NCBI GenBank assembly: GCA_963737065.1
Contig: CAVTRC010000001.1
Span: 608,001-672,000 of the forward strand
DNA from: Candidatus Eremiobacteria bacterium
Lineage (GTDB): Bacteria > Vulcanimicrobiota > Vulcanimicrobiia > Vulcanimicrobiales > Vulcanimicrobiaceae
Length of the DNA stretch: 64,000 bases
Direction: 5' to 3'
Positions 12,060 through 22,120 of this stretch are shown piece by piece. Made by a program: the position numbers and the translations under genes. Below the pieces are notes generated by a model. It saw only the letters and a program-made list of their open reading frames with translations. It searched no databases and was not told the DNA's origin. How positions within the stretch are numbered: position 1 is the first letter of the stretch; every line of letters starts with the position of its first letter.

Positions 12060-12730
12060 CCCGCGCGCTCCATCCGGTAGCCGATGCCGCGAACCGTTTG
12101 CAGGAGCGGCGGTTCACCCGCCGCGTCGATCTTCACGCGCAGACGCCGGACGTACACGTCGACGACGTTCGACGTCGTTTCGCTCGTGCGATTCCAGAGC
12201 GCGGTTTCGATCATCGGACGCGTGAGCACGCGCCCCGCATTGCGCATGAAGTATTCGAGGAAGGCGAGTTCGCGCGCCGTAAGGTCGATCTCGCGATCTC
12301 CACGGGTCACGCGGCGCGTCGAAAGATCGAAGCTCAGATTCCCGATCGTGAGCAACGCCGGCGCAGGCGGCGCTTCGCGCCGCGCGACGCTTCGCAGACG
12401 CGCTTCGAGTTCCCGCATCGCGAACGGCTTGCGAATGTAATCGTCCGCGCCTGCGTCAAGTCCGGCGACCACGTCCTCGGTTTCGTCGCGCGAGGTGGCA
12501 ACTACAATCGGCGTTGCGACGCGCGACGAGCGCAGCGCGCGCAACACCTCGAGCCCGTCGCGTCCCGGTAAGTTCAAATCGAGGACGATCGCGTCGTACT
12601 CCGGCTCGCATGCAAGCGCGAGTCCCGCGTCGCCGTCCCCGGCGACATCGACGACGTGTCCTTGGTCTTGCAGCCCGCGGCGCATCGCATCCGCGAGCCG
12701 ATCGTCGTCTTCTACGATCAGTAATCGCAC
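12056..12730 (-). CDS. OmpR-family response regulator
   Basis: LIVEDD, LDLNLPG, GADDYIRKPF, VDVYVRRLR, TVRGIGY. Confidence 0.95.
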   Translation of the reverse strand: MRLLIVEDDDRLADAMRRGLQDQGHVVDVAGDGDAGLALACEPEYDAIVLDLNLPGRDGLEVLRALRSSRVATPIVVATSRDETEDVVAGLDAGADDYIRKPFAMRELEARLRSVARREAPPAPALLTIGNLSFDLSTRRVTRGDREIDLTARELAFLEYFMRNAGRVLTRPMIETALWNRTSETTSNVVDVYVRRLRVKIDAAGEPPLLQTVRGIGYRMERAG

Positions 12731-12743
12731 GGTGCGTCGCGCG

Positions 12744-14243
12744 TTATTTCGCTAACCCAGCCGCGATCTTCGATCCGTTTGGTGAGCCGAGGCCGGTGCA
12801 TGCATCCCAGCCTTTTGCAGCGGAGAATGTGCCGTTATTTCCGCTCGTGACGTCATTGAAATCGGTTTCGTCGCCGTAGAGCTGCGCGTTGATGAAGCCG
12901 GCCGGCGTGCCGCGCGATGCATTGACGAGCGCGATGAGGGCGCTCCACAGTGGAGCGACGGCGCTCGTTCCACCGAACACCGAATCTTGTCCATCAACGC
13001 GGACGTTGTAACCCGTTTGGGGATCTGCATCGCCTGCGACGTCGGGAACCCCGCGATTCTTGAGCGGCGTCGCCGTACCGTTTTCGGTCACGTTGAGCTT
13101 TTGCTGCCACGCCGGCAACGCGAATACCGCACTGACGCCGCCGCCGGTTGCTCCGCCCGACGTGCCGCCGTTCCACACGGTTTCCGCGGTGAGTTTTGCC
13201 CCGCTGCTCTGTACGGTGGTCCCGCCGCACGCCACCACGTGCGGGCTCGACGACGGAAAATCCACATGATCCTGTCCGTCTGAAACGCCGTCGCTCGAAC
13301 CGTTGTCGCCCGATGCGCAGCATACCGTGATGCCGAGCGTGCCTGCGTCTTGGAATGCGCTATCGAACGACGTCATCGCCTGCTGCGTCCACGTTGATTC
13401 CGGACCGCCCCAACTGATGGACACGATCGTCGGTTTGTTCGTCGTGTCGTGCAATGCCGTGGTGATCGCGTCGAGAAATCCCGCATCCGTGTTCGGCGCA
13501 AAATACACGGCAATGGTGGCGCCCTGCGCAACGGCGCCCGCGATTTCGACATCGAGCATCACTTCGCCGTCGGGACCGTCAACTTGTCCGGTCGGCGCGT
13601 TCGTTGCTCCGTCGACCGGCACTGCGACAACGTTCGGCATCTTCAAACCTAGACCTGAAAAATATGTCTGTAAGTCAGATTCCACGTAGCCGCCGCCGAG
13701 CTCGATGAGCGCGATGCACTGACCTTCGCCGGTCGACGTCGTAGGAAAATCATAGAGCGACGCCACTTGCACCGGCGAATAGGACGTCGCCGGAGCCGTG
13801 GCCTGCCGGAAATGCGTTTCTGCTTGCGGGCGATTGTCGAGCCCCAAGACCGCTTTCACGACTCCGTCCAGCTCATCGGGAAGGTGAACAAGCCCGGTGC
13901 GTCCGCGATATTGTCCGCCCTCATATTCGAAAATTTGGAGCGCGACGTTGAACGCGTTGTTGAATTGCTGCACCGTACCCGCGAGACGCACGGTGCGACG
14001 CGGCGAGTGCTGCTCGACCACCTGCAGTCCGTGCGCCTGCGCAAACTGCGTCACGGCTTTCATGTCGCGATCGTCCGCGCCGCACGCATGCGCGAACTCA
14101 TCGCGCGTCATACGCTGCTGCGCCGGCGCATTCGCCTTCGGCCGCAGTACGACAGTGATCTCGAAGCGCTCGGATGGATCGGCATTACGAACGGCCCGCG
14201 CGCCTCGGTACGGTATCCGCTCACTGCCGGCAATAGGCCGCAT
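12744..14243 (-). CDS. S53 family (kumamolisin/sedolisin) serine peptidase with prodomain
   Basis: GEVMLDVE (ExxxD), SISWG, ASGDNG, GGTSAVAP, GWDACTGLGSP. Confidence 0.93.
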   Translation of the reverse strand: MRPIAGSERIPYRGARAVRNADPSERFEITVVLRPKANAPAQQRMTRDEFAHACGADDRDMKAVTQFAQAHGLQVVEQHSPRRTVRLAGTVQQFNNAFNVALQIFEYEGGQYRGRTGLVHLPDELDGVVKAVLGLDNRPQAETHFRQATAPATSYSPVQVASLYDFPTTSTGEGQCIALIELGGGYVESDLQTYFSGLGLKMPNVVAVPVDGATNAPTGQVDGPDGEVMLDVEIAGAVAQGATIAVYFAPNTDAGFLDAITTALHDTTNKPTIVSISWGGPESTWTQQAMTSFDSAFQDAGTLGITVCCASGDNGSSDGVSDGQDHVDFPSSSPHVVACGGTTVQSSGAKLTAETVWNGGTSGGATGGGVSAVFALPAWQQKLNVTENGTATPLKNRGVPDVAGDADPQTGYNVRVDGQDSVFGGTSAVAPLWSALIALVNASRGTPAGFINAQLYGDETDFNDVTSGNNGTFSAAKGWDACTGLGSPNGSKIAAGLAK

Positions 14244-14289
14244 AAGAGTTCCAGTGTACCTCGTGCGGACGGCGAATTGAATACCGGCA

Positions 14290-14941
14290 ATGCTGCAAAT
14301 TATCTATCTCGTGATCTTGCTTGCCCTCATTGTCCCTCAACGCGCGGTCGTCGAAAACGTCGTCACCTCGAATCGCGATCCCGCAGTAGATATTGAGCTG
14401 CCGAAATCGGCGCGGTACGTGGGCACGGACCGGTGGATTCTCTTCGGCATTGCAAACTGTGAATTATTCGCGTTTGTTGAGGCCGATCGCGACAAGCGCG
14501 TCAAGCGTCTCTACTGGGTGCAGTTCGAAAGCTACCTCCCCTCACTGCGCGCCCTGCATCACACCTACGATTCGAAAGATCGCGCGGTGATGGGCGGCAT
14601 GGAGTTTTTCGTTGATACCTGGACTGAGAGCAGCACGCCCTCCACGCCGGATACAAAAGCAATCGCGAGGATTCTCAAGGCCAAGGGCTACGAGGCGCCG
14701 GCGGGGCTTGATTCCGGATCGGATACGCAACACATCGATGCGCTCATTGCATCGAAGGGGTACGCGCTCCCGCCGACCTTGTCGTCGGTTCGCTTCGTGC
14801 ACACGCTCGACGAAGCGCGCAAAGAATTGATGATTCATCTACAGTGAGGCATCCCCTACGGGTCATCTGCCGACGGACCAACAAAAACATGGCCTCGTTC
14901 GACGCGCTGAAAGCGCGCTCATCATCAAACCGCGACACTAG
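14290..14941 (+). CDS. Hypothetical exported protein, with an apparent +1 frameshift near 14834
   Basis: Hydrophobic N-terminus. ORF stops at 14847, but removing one T gives KELMIIYSEASPTG...KPRH* ending at TAG 14941. Confidence 0.55.
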
Positions 14942-14961
14942 CGTGGCTGCTGCACGAGTGC

Positions 14962-17031
14962 TTATTTCACCGGGAGGCCACGATACTCCAGAAGCGGGCC
15001 GATCTGCGGATCGCTCCCGTAGAACGCGCGAAACATGGGTCCGTAGTCCTCAGAGTGTCCCTTTGAGAGAATCATGTCGCGGAAGCGCCGGCCGTTCGCC
15101 CGCGTCATGCCGCCGTGGTCCACGAACCATTGGAACGTGTCGTCGTCGAGCATTTCGCTCCACATGTACGCATAGTAGCCCGCAGCATAACCGCTCGCCC
15201 AAATGTGCGCGAAGTAACTGGAGCGGTAGCGCGGCGGAACGTTTGGGAAATCCGTTCGCGACGATGCGAGCGCATGCGTTTCGAACGTATCGACGTTTTG
15301 CTTCGGGGCGCTTGCAGGCAGCGTATGCCACGCCATATCGAGTTCGTCAGCGGCAAGGCTCTCGCCGAGCGTGTATCCTTGACCGAACTTCTGCGACTGC
15401 TCGATCTTGTCCATCAGCGCTTGCGGCATCGGCCGCCCGGTCTTGTAGTTCACCGCGTAATGCTGGAGCACCGCCGGATAAAATGCCCAGTGCTCGTTGA
15501 ATTGCGAGGGATATTCGACGAAATCGCGAGCGGTTTGCGCGCCGGAAAGCGACGGGTACTCTTGGTCCGCGAAGAACGCGTTGAGCGCGTGACCGAACTC
15601 GTGGAACATTCCGTGAACTTGGTCGGCCGTTAGCAATACCGGTTGCCCGGACGGCGGCTTCGGTATGTTCTCGACGTTGTAGACGACCGGCTTTGTGCCG
15701 AGCATCTTCGATTGCTGCACGAGGCTGCTCATCCAAGCACCGCCTTGTTTATTATCGCGCTTGAAAAAATCAAAATACATCAGCGCGAGCGGCGAACCGT
15801 CTTTGTCGTAAACTTCGAAGACGCGCACGTCCGCTTGCCATACCGGGATGTCTTTGCGCTCCTTGAACGTGATCCCGTAGAGCTGATTGGCCGCGTAAAA
15901 AAGTCCGTTGTGCAAGACATTGTCGATCTCGAAATACGGGCGCACGTCGTTCTCGTCCAGGTCGTACCTCGCCTTACGCACTTGACCGGCGTACTTCTGC
16001 CAGTCGTACGCCTGCAGTTGGAAATGCTGTCCGTCTTTATCGATCGCTGACTGCAGTTGAGCAGCGTCCGACTCAATTTTCGCGCGGGTCGGCGCGATCA
16101 ACTGCGCGAGAAAACGTTGCACCGCCTCGGGCGTTTTGGCCATCTGATTCGTCAGCGCATACGCGGCGTAATCCGGATATCCGAGCAACGCCGCCTTTTT
16201 GGCGCGCAACTGCGCCATCGTCGCAATCGTCTCGCGCGTGTCGTTCTCGTCGTCTTTTTCCGTGCGCGTCCACGAGTGCTCGAAAAGTTCTTGACGCGTG
16301 GCGCGATCGTCGAGCGTTGCAAGCGCGGGCTGCTGCGTTGTATTCTGCAACGGGATCAGGTAGCCGCCCGGGTCTTTGCGCGCCTCTGCCGCCTGCGCTG
16401 CGGCGGCAATGGCAACCTCGCTCAATCCGGCGAGCCGCGATGTATCGTTCACTACGAGCGCGCCGGCCTTTGTGCCGGCCAGCAGTTTTCGTTCGAAGAC
16501 CGTCTGCAACGTGGAAAGCTGCTCGTCGAGGTGGCTCATCTGCGCTTTATCGGCCGCGCTCAACTTCGCACCGGCGTGCACGAACTCGGCGTGGGTGACG
16601 CGCACGAGCTGCTGTGACTCGGGGTCGAGATGCAGCGACGCAAGCTCGTTGTACACTTTTTGAAAGCGTGCGAACAGCTTCGCATTCAGATAGATCGCAT
16701 CAAAATGCGCCGCCAGCTTCGGTTCTTCTACTTCATCGATATGCTGGAGCGCCGGATCGGTATTGGCGCCCGTGACACAGTTAAATGCTGCGAGGACACG
16801 CGTAAGAAGCCGCCCCGACTTTTCCAACGCAACATAGGTGTTGGCAAACGTCGGCGGCGCGGGATCGTTGGCGATAGCTTCGGCCTCGCGCATCTGCTCC
16901 GCCATTCCCGCTTCGATCGCCGGCTCGTAATTCTGGTCCGCGATCTTGTCGAACGGAGGCGCTTGGAACGGCAAGGTGCTTGGTGAGAAAAACGGGTTTG
17001 CCAAAGCAAACACGAGCGCGAAATGCAGCAT
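14962..17031 (-). CDS. dcp: M3 family peptidyl-dipeptidase Dcp
   Basis: NPFF N-terminus, KQGGAWM, FHEFGHAL zinc motif, RDFVEYPSQ, YAAGYYAYMWSE. Confidence 0.9.
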   Translation of the reverse strand: MLHFALVFALANPFFSPSTLPFQAPPFDKIADQNYEPAIEAGMAEQMREAEAIANDPAPPTFANTYVALEKSGRLLTRVLAAFNCVTGANTDPALQHIDEVEEPKLAAHFDAIYLNAKLFARFQKVYNELASLHLDPESQQLVRVTHAEFVHAGAKLSAADKAQMSHLDEQLSTLQTVFERKLLAGTKAGALVVNDTSRLAGLSEVAIAAAAQAAEARKDPGGYLIPLQNTTQQPALATLDDRATRQELFEHSWTRTEKDDENDTRETIATMAQLRAKKAALLGYPDYAAYALTNQMAKTPEAVQRFLAQLIAPTRAKIESDAAQLQSAIDKDGQHFQLQAYDWQKYAGQVRKARYDLDENDVRPYFEIDNVLHNGLFYAANQLYGITFKERKDIPVWQADVRVFEVYDKDGSPLALMYFDFFKRDNKQGGAWMSSLVQQSKMLGTKPVVYNVENIPKPPSGQPVLLTADQVHGMFHEFGHALNAFFADQEYPSLSGAQTARDFVEYPSQFNEHWAFYPAVLQHYAVNYKTGRPMPQALMDKIEQSQKFGQGYTLGESLAADELDMAWHTLPASAPKQNVDTFETHALASSRTDFPNVPPRYRSSYFAHIWASGYAAGYYAYMWSEMLDDDTFQWFVDHGGMTRANGRRFRDMILSKGHSEDYGPMFRAFYGSDPQIGPLLEYRGLPVK

Positions 17032-17058
17032 GTGTACGGTCCTTCGACGGGTTTCGGG

Positions 17059-17844
17059 CTACGATGAGAGCGGTTCGGCGGCGAGCGTCGCGGTCAGCGG
17101 ATTCGGTTCCCCGGTAATGCGCGCGACGTTCCGGTGAAACGGACTCAGATCAGCGTTTGTCACGTAGCGCGCAGTTCCCGCTTCAGTCGGAACGTGACCG
17201 CGCGAGAGGAAATCGGCGACGCGATCGGCTTGAACGAAGGCCGGATCGATCCGCAAAACGCGATCGCCGAGCGCTGCGGCGAAATGACGGTCGAGCACCG
17301 GATAATGCGTACAAGCCAAAACAACGGCATCGAGATCGCTCGGGAGTTGCGCGCACACCTCCGATACCGCCCGACGCGGCTCCGTACCGTCGATCTTCCC
17401 CGATTCGACGAGCGGTACGAGCAGTGGCGCCGGCACTTCCCACACTTCGCTCCCCGGAATCGCGTTTCGGATCCGGCGCCCATATGCGCCCGAACGCACC
17501 GTTGCCGACGTCGCGACGACGCCGATGCGCCGCGCGCCCGCGTGCTGCAACGCGATCGTCGCTGAATCGAGCAGGTCGAAGACTTCGGCATTCGTCGGCG
17601 GCCAGCCATATGCGTCGGCGATCGCGCACGATGTGTTGCACCCCATGACGATTGCGTCGGGCGCGTGCGCATCGAGCCACGCGAGATTCGCTTCGAGCAG
17701 CGCAAGTAACTCATCGTTCGCGCGTTCGCCATACGGAACGTGCGCTTGATCTGCGAAGTAAACGATATCGACGTGCGGCAAACGTTCGCGCACCCGGCGC
17801 ACGACGGTGAGGCCGCCGAGTCCCGAGTCAAAAACGCCGATCAC
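17059..17844 (-). CDS. murI: Glutamate racemase
   Basis: IGVFDSGLGGLTV, PYG, GCNTS, LACTHYP. Confidence 0.95.
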   Translation of the reverse strand: MIGVFDSGLGGLTVVRRVRERLPHVDIVYFADQAHVPYGERANDELLALLEANLAWLDAHAPDAIVMGCNTSCAIADAYGWPPTNAEVFDLLDSATIALQHAGARRIGVVATSATVRSGAYGRRIRNAIPGSEVWEVPAPLLVPLVESGKIDGTEPRRAVSEVCAQLPSDLDAVVLACTHYPVLDRHFAAALGDRVLRIDPAFVQADRVADFLSRGHVPTEAGTARYVTNADLSPFHRNVARITGEPNPLTATLAAEPLSS

Positions 17845-19838
17845 TGCGCGTTGCCTGAAAGCGGGTACTGCGCGGTGTAGCGATCGATGCCGTCCGCGAT
17901 CCCTTCAGCGACCTTTTGCCGCCAATCCGGCGATGTGAGCTTTGCATAGTCATCGGGGTTGGAGAGGAACGCCGTTTCGATCAAGATCGCCGGCATGTTC
18001 GCATGCAGCGTGACGTAGTATCGCGCTTTGATCGTTCCATCATCCTTCGTGCCTAACATCGGAACGAGCGTACGATCGACGATGTCCGCAAGCGGCACAT
18101 CATTGGATTTTGAATAATATGTCGTCGTACCGTTGGGTCCGCTGTTGATATACGCGTTCGCGTGGATGCTGATGAATAATCGCGCACCGGAGCGGTTGGC
18201 GATATCGTCGCGAGCCTGTAGATCGCCGGCAGCCGAGCTGTGATAGCCCATCTGCTCCGCTTCCGCTTGGCTCGTGGGCGTTCCATCGACGTCGTGATCG
18301 ACCGTTCGCGTCATGATCACTTGCCAGCCGCGCGCGATCAACACGGCGCGAAGCCGCTTCGCCATATCCAGCGTCAGATCTGCTTCGGACACGCCGCCGT
18401 GAATCGTCCCGCGATCTCCACCGCCGTGTCCGGGATCGATCACGATCAGTTTCCGGTTCATCGGCACATAGCTGCTCCGGCCACCGCCGAATTTCCATGG
18501 CGTGCTGTCGTTGGTATTCGACGCAGCCGTCTGTTGACCGTAATCTTCCGGCGGTACCGGTGTGACGAGCGTTTGAGGTTCGTTCGCGGAGACGACGGAG
18601 CCAACGCTTCCCGTTCCGCTGCGCACTTCATCGGCGACCGTGTTGCTCCCGATGTTGATGACGATGCCCGTTGCGGACGGAGAAACGGAGAGTTGGTTCG
18701 TTCCCGTGAGCGAAAGCGCAATCCGCACCGTTTGCGAATCGAGTTGCCGAGCGCGCATTGCGGTAAGGGGATCGCTCTCGCTCTCGTCGCGCGCTCCGCT
18801 CTGCAATTGCGCGCTCTTGATATCAATCCAGAACCTATTGTCCGGTTCGCGCAGCCGATGCCACTCGTACGACGCATTGCCGCTGACCGCGATCGTGACC
18901 GTTGCGCCGGCTCGCGTTTGCTGCACCGCGATGCCGGTCACGTTTGCGGCGCCGGAATTGTCGATCGGGGCCGGCGTCACGGACGAAGTCGCCGGCGCGG
19001 AATTCCCGGAGGGAACGCCTGCGGGCTGCTGCACCGGAGGCGGCGGCACGTTCGATGACACCCTTGCAGCGACGAGCGGCGGCGCGCTCCCGTTCGCGCC
19101 GAAGCCGACTTCGAAATCGCCGTTGTTGCTGCGCGGAGCATCGTGACGCGCGTTTGGCGCGGGGCTCAATACGAGCGTCGTGCGCGGGTCGCGAATCGAA
19201 CCGCTCGTCGTAATGTCCATCGAGCGAATGCCGCCGGCCTGGATGTCGCGCGATCCATCGATCGACGAAGCCACTCCGTCAAACTCATAAACGACGCGGT
19301 CGGCCGCGTCGGAGACCACGCGCGGATGCAACGCAATGGCCGCATGCGCAACGAGGATCGCCTGTGATCCCGACCCCTGCACGTCGACGGACGTCAGCTG
19401 CGGCTGCAGCACCGCCGTGCCGCCGTCGTTTCTTTCTGCGAGCGAAAGCCCATGAAGCAGATCTTCAAACGGAAGAAAAACTTCATTGCTCTGCACGAAC
19501 GGCGCGAACGCCGCCGTCGCGGAGAGCAGGCCCATGTCATACCGTTTCTGCCCGACCGCAAAATTGAGAACGAGCGGTTGCGGTGTCGAGATCAAAACAT
19601 AACGCTCACCCGCGTGCCAGGTGAGCGTTGCGCCGAGCGACTTCAAGAGGCCGCGAAATCCCGGATCGTTGACGCCGACGGCCGTGCCGGCCGCGGTTCG
19701 TACCAGATGGGTGAATGTCAGCGTTTGCGTTTCGAACGCGTAAGAGGCGCTGTCCGCTCGTACCACTCCGGTAAAGAGCAGCGCGAGCAGCGCGACCGCG
19801 CTACCAGTCCGAACGACGAAGCGGCGTGTCGAGTTCAA
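17841..19838 (-). CDS. N-acetylmuramoyl-L-alanine amidase (Amidase_3 with N-terminal AMIN-like domains)
   Basis: IVIDPGHGG, FISIHANA, PAILIETAFLSN. Start uncertain (TTG 19838 chosen). Confidence 0.9.
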   Translation of the reverse strand: MNSTRRFVVRTGSAVALLALLFTGVVRADSASYAFETQTLTFTHLVRTAAGTAVGVNDPGFRGLLKSLGATLTWHAGERYVLISTPQPLVLNFAVGQKRYDMGLLSATAAFAPFVQSNEVFLPFEDLLHGLSLAERNDGGTAVLQPQLTSVDVQGSGSQAILVAHAAIALHPRVVSDAADRVVYEFDGVASSIDGSRDIQAGGIRSMDITTSGSIRDPRTTLVLSPAPNARHDAPRSNNGDFEVGFGANGSAPPLVAARVSSNVPPPPVQQPAGVPSGNSAPATSSVTPAPIDNSGAANVTGIAVQQTRAGATVTIAVSGNASYEWHRLREPDNRFWIDIKSAQLQSGARDESESDPLTAMRARQLDSQTVRIALSLTGTNQLSVSPSATGIVINIGSNTVADEVRSGTGSVGSVVSANEPQTLVTPVPPEDYGQQTAASNTNDSTPWKFGGGRSSYVPMNRKLIVIDPGHGGGDRGTIHGGVSEADLTLDMAKRLRAVLIARGWQVIMTRTVDHDVDGTPTSQAEAEQMGYHSSAAGDLQARDDIANRSGARLFISIHANAYINSGPNGTTTYYSKSNDVPLADIVDRTLVPMLGTKDDGTIKARYYVTLHANMPAILIETAFLSNPDDYAKLTSPDWRQKVAEGIADGIDRYTAQYPLSGNAQ

Positions 19839-20355
19839 GATGTCCCCCCGGGAGCGTATCCACTTTTCGGCCCTCGATCGTAATCTGGACCGCATTGATC
19901 GGTGGAATTCCCGTTAGCGTGTACACGAGCCCTTTGAACTCGCCGTTTTCCGCGAACGATCCGCCGCCTGATGCCGTCACTTCTTTCGAAAGATCGACCG
20001 TTGCCGTCGTTCCGTTAACGAGAACGTTCTCTACGTGCGTTCCGGTCGGAAAGCGAATCGCTTGAACTTCGCTCGGTGGACCGGCCACGGATTGGACCGC
20101 GGCATAGAGGGCCACATTGTGAAGATGTTCGGTCGCGCTTTCGCCGGGCTGCGCAGGACGAAGCGAAACCGTCCACGTGCCCAAGCTCGAACCGTCGATT
20201 TTCGTATAATACACCGTCACGTGTCCGCCGCCCGGATTCGCACCATGCCGGTGCAGCACGAACCACGCGCCGGCGGCTACAACGATCACGAGGACGACGA
20301 CGAGCAGAGCGCCCGAACGCCTCACGGTTTGCTGACTCCTCCGGCCATGCTCCAC
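19801..20355 (-). CDS. GerMN domain protein
   Basis: N-terminal TM; FPTGT...ATVDLSKE...GG...E...LVYTLT...VQITIEG...GHLEL pattern. Confidence 0.85.
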   Translation of the reverse strand: MEHGRRSQQTVRRSGALLVVVLVIVVAAGAWFVLHRHGANPGGGHVTVYYTKIDGSSLGTWTVSLRPAQPGESATEHLHNVALYAAVQSVAGPPSEVQAIRFPTGTHVENVLVNGTTATVDLSKEVTASGGGSFAENGEFKGLVYTLTGIPPINAVQITIEGRKVDTLPGGHLELDTPLRRSDW

Positions 20356-20681
20356 CCGACGTAGACGTTATAGAGCACGAGCAGCAGCCCCGCGATCGAG
20401 AACGCCATTGCGGTGCCGTTGCCGCCGGCGCGCTTGCTGAATCGCAACGATACGCCGTAGCACGCGAGAATCAGAACCGCCGCGACGATGTGAAACCATA
20501 CGCGCGGCGGCAACGGAACGCGCGATGCGCCCAATATTCCGGCGACGATGAGGCCGGTGACGAATTGCAGCGCGGCAACCGCGTTGACGACCCGGCGTCC
20601 CTGGGCGTTCCAACTAAAGATGATCGCGCACAACGCGAGCAAAAACGCAACGACGAGATGAACTTCGAGAACGACGCTCAT
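20322..20681 (-). CDS. Hypothetical membrane protein (4 TM)
   Basis: Four hydrophobic segments; overlaps the GerMN start. Confidence 0.65.
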   Translation of the reverse strand: MSVVLEVHLVVAFLLALCAIIFSWNAQGRRVVNAVAALQFVTGLIVAGILGASRVPLPPRVWFHIVAAVLILACYGVSLRFSKRAGGNGTAMAFSIAGLLLVLYNVYVGWSMAGGVSKP

Positions 20682-20781
20682 AGGGCGCTTCTGCGGTATC
20701 GTGCAGCGAGCGTCCTTCCTGCCGGCAACCTGCGGCAAGGGACCGGGATGCGCGAATCACGCCGCCGTAAAGACTTCGATC

Positions 20782-21504
20782 ATGACCGCAACACGCACGG
20801 AGTACGTTACGGTGCCCGTCTCGGACGGCACGATCATGAACGCTTTTGTCGCGCGCGCCGGCGCACCGGAGCGCGCACCCGGAATCGCCGTCTTTCAAGA
20901 GGCGTATGGCGTCAATGACCACATCCGCGACGTTGCGCAACGTTTCGCCGCGCTTGGTATGGTCGCCATCGCACCGGAACTTTTTCATCGCAGCGCCGCA
21001 TCCGGTTTTACGGCGAAGTACGGCGATCTCGATGCCGTGCGCGAGCACATGAACGCAATGACGCGCGAGGGGTTGGAAGCCGACATCGACGCGACGTTTA
21101 CGTGGCTCGCCGGCGATCGGAACGCCGATTCGGGTGCAATGGCCGCTGTCGGCTTCTGTATGGGCGGCCGCGTCGCGTACCTAGCGAACTCGCGTATCAG
21201 CTTGCGCGCCGCGGTGTCGTTTTATGGCGGAAGGATCGCGCCGGATCTGCTTCCGCTTGCGTACAAACAACGTGGACCGATTCTCATGTTCTGGGGCGGA
21301 CTCGATTCGCATATTCCGCCCGAACAGTACCGCGCCGTCGCCGACGCACTAACGGACGCGAAAGCGACGCACGAACAGGTCGTGTTCAGCCAAGCCGACC
21401 ACGGTTTCTTCTGCGATCAACGCCCCAGCTATAATGCGATCGCCGCGCGACAAGCTTGGGTGATGATGAACGAGTTTTTCGGCTCGTACGGCGCCCTGAC
21501 GTAA
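20782..21504 (+). CDS. Dienelactone hydrolase family protein
   Basis: QEAYGVN, GFCMGG nucleophile motif, ADHGFFCDQR. Confidence 0.92.
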   Translation: MTATRTEYVTVPVSDGTIMNAFVARAGAPERAPGIAVFQEAYGVNDHIRDVAQRFAALGMVAIAPELFHRSAASGFTAKYGDLDAVREHMNAMTREGLEADIDATFTWLAGDRNADSGAMAAVGFCMGGRVAYLANSRISLRAAVSFYGGRIAPDLLPLAYKQRGPILMFWGGLDSHIPPEQYRAVADALTDAKATHEQVVFSQADHGFFCDQRPSYNAIAARQAWVMMNEFFGSYGALT

Positions 21505-21582
21505 GCTCGTAGATCGATGGGACGGTTGCAAGCAAGCGAACGTTAACGTTTATCGCAGCCCGGTAACGCGCACATGTGAGGA

Positions 21583-22110
21583 ATGGATTATAAAGCAATC
21601 GTCTCCGATGATGTGACCGAACTAATCCTCGACGACCATGCGACGTTTCGCCGGCTCTTCGCGCGGGTCGCGGAGCAAAACACCGAGGACGATCTGCGGC
21701 ATTTATGGTTTGAACTCGGTCCGTTGCTGTGCGCGCACGCGGTTGCCGAGGAGGATTCGTTTTATCCGGCGTTGCTGAAGGCTGCTCACGACGACGACGA
21801 CGTTGCCGACGCGATCAAGGACCACAACGAAATTCGGGACGCCGTTCGCGATGCCGACCGATATGATGTCGGCAGTGACGAGTGGCGAAGTGCCGTCGAT
21901 CGCGCTCGCCGTGCGAACGACGATCACATGCGCGAAGAGGAAAGCGGACCACTGCCTGCGGCGCGTCGCTCGATGGATATGGAGCAACGCATCGCGCTCG
22001 GCTTGCACTTTTTACGCTTGCGCAATGCGTTTCCAAGCGGGAAAGCCGGCGCCGACGATCACGACAAAGACCCGCAAACATTCGTGCGTGAACATGAAAC
22101 GGCCGATTGA
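21583..22110 (+). CDS. Hemerythrin/HHE cation-binding domain protein
   Basis: DH...HAVAEEDSFYP...DHNEI...HMREEE pattern; GAGG RBS. Confidence 0.85.
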   Translation: MDYKAIVSDDVTELILDDHATFRRLFARVAEQNTEDDLRHLWFELGPLLCAHAVAEEDSFYPALLKAAHDDDDVADAIKDHNEIRDAVRDADRYDVGSDEWRSAVDRARRANDDHMREEESGPLPAARRSMDMEQRIALGLHFLRLRNAFPSGKAGADDHDKDPQTFVREHETAD

Positions 22111-22120
22111 TACACGCTGT

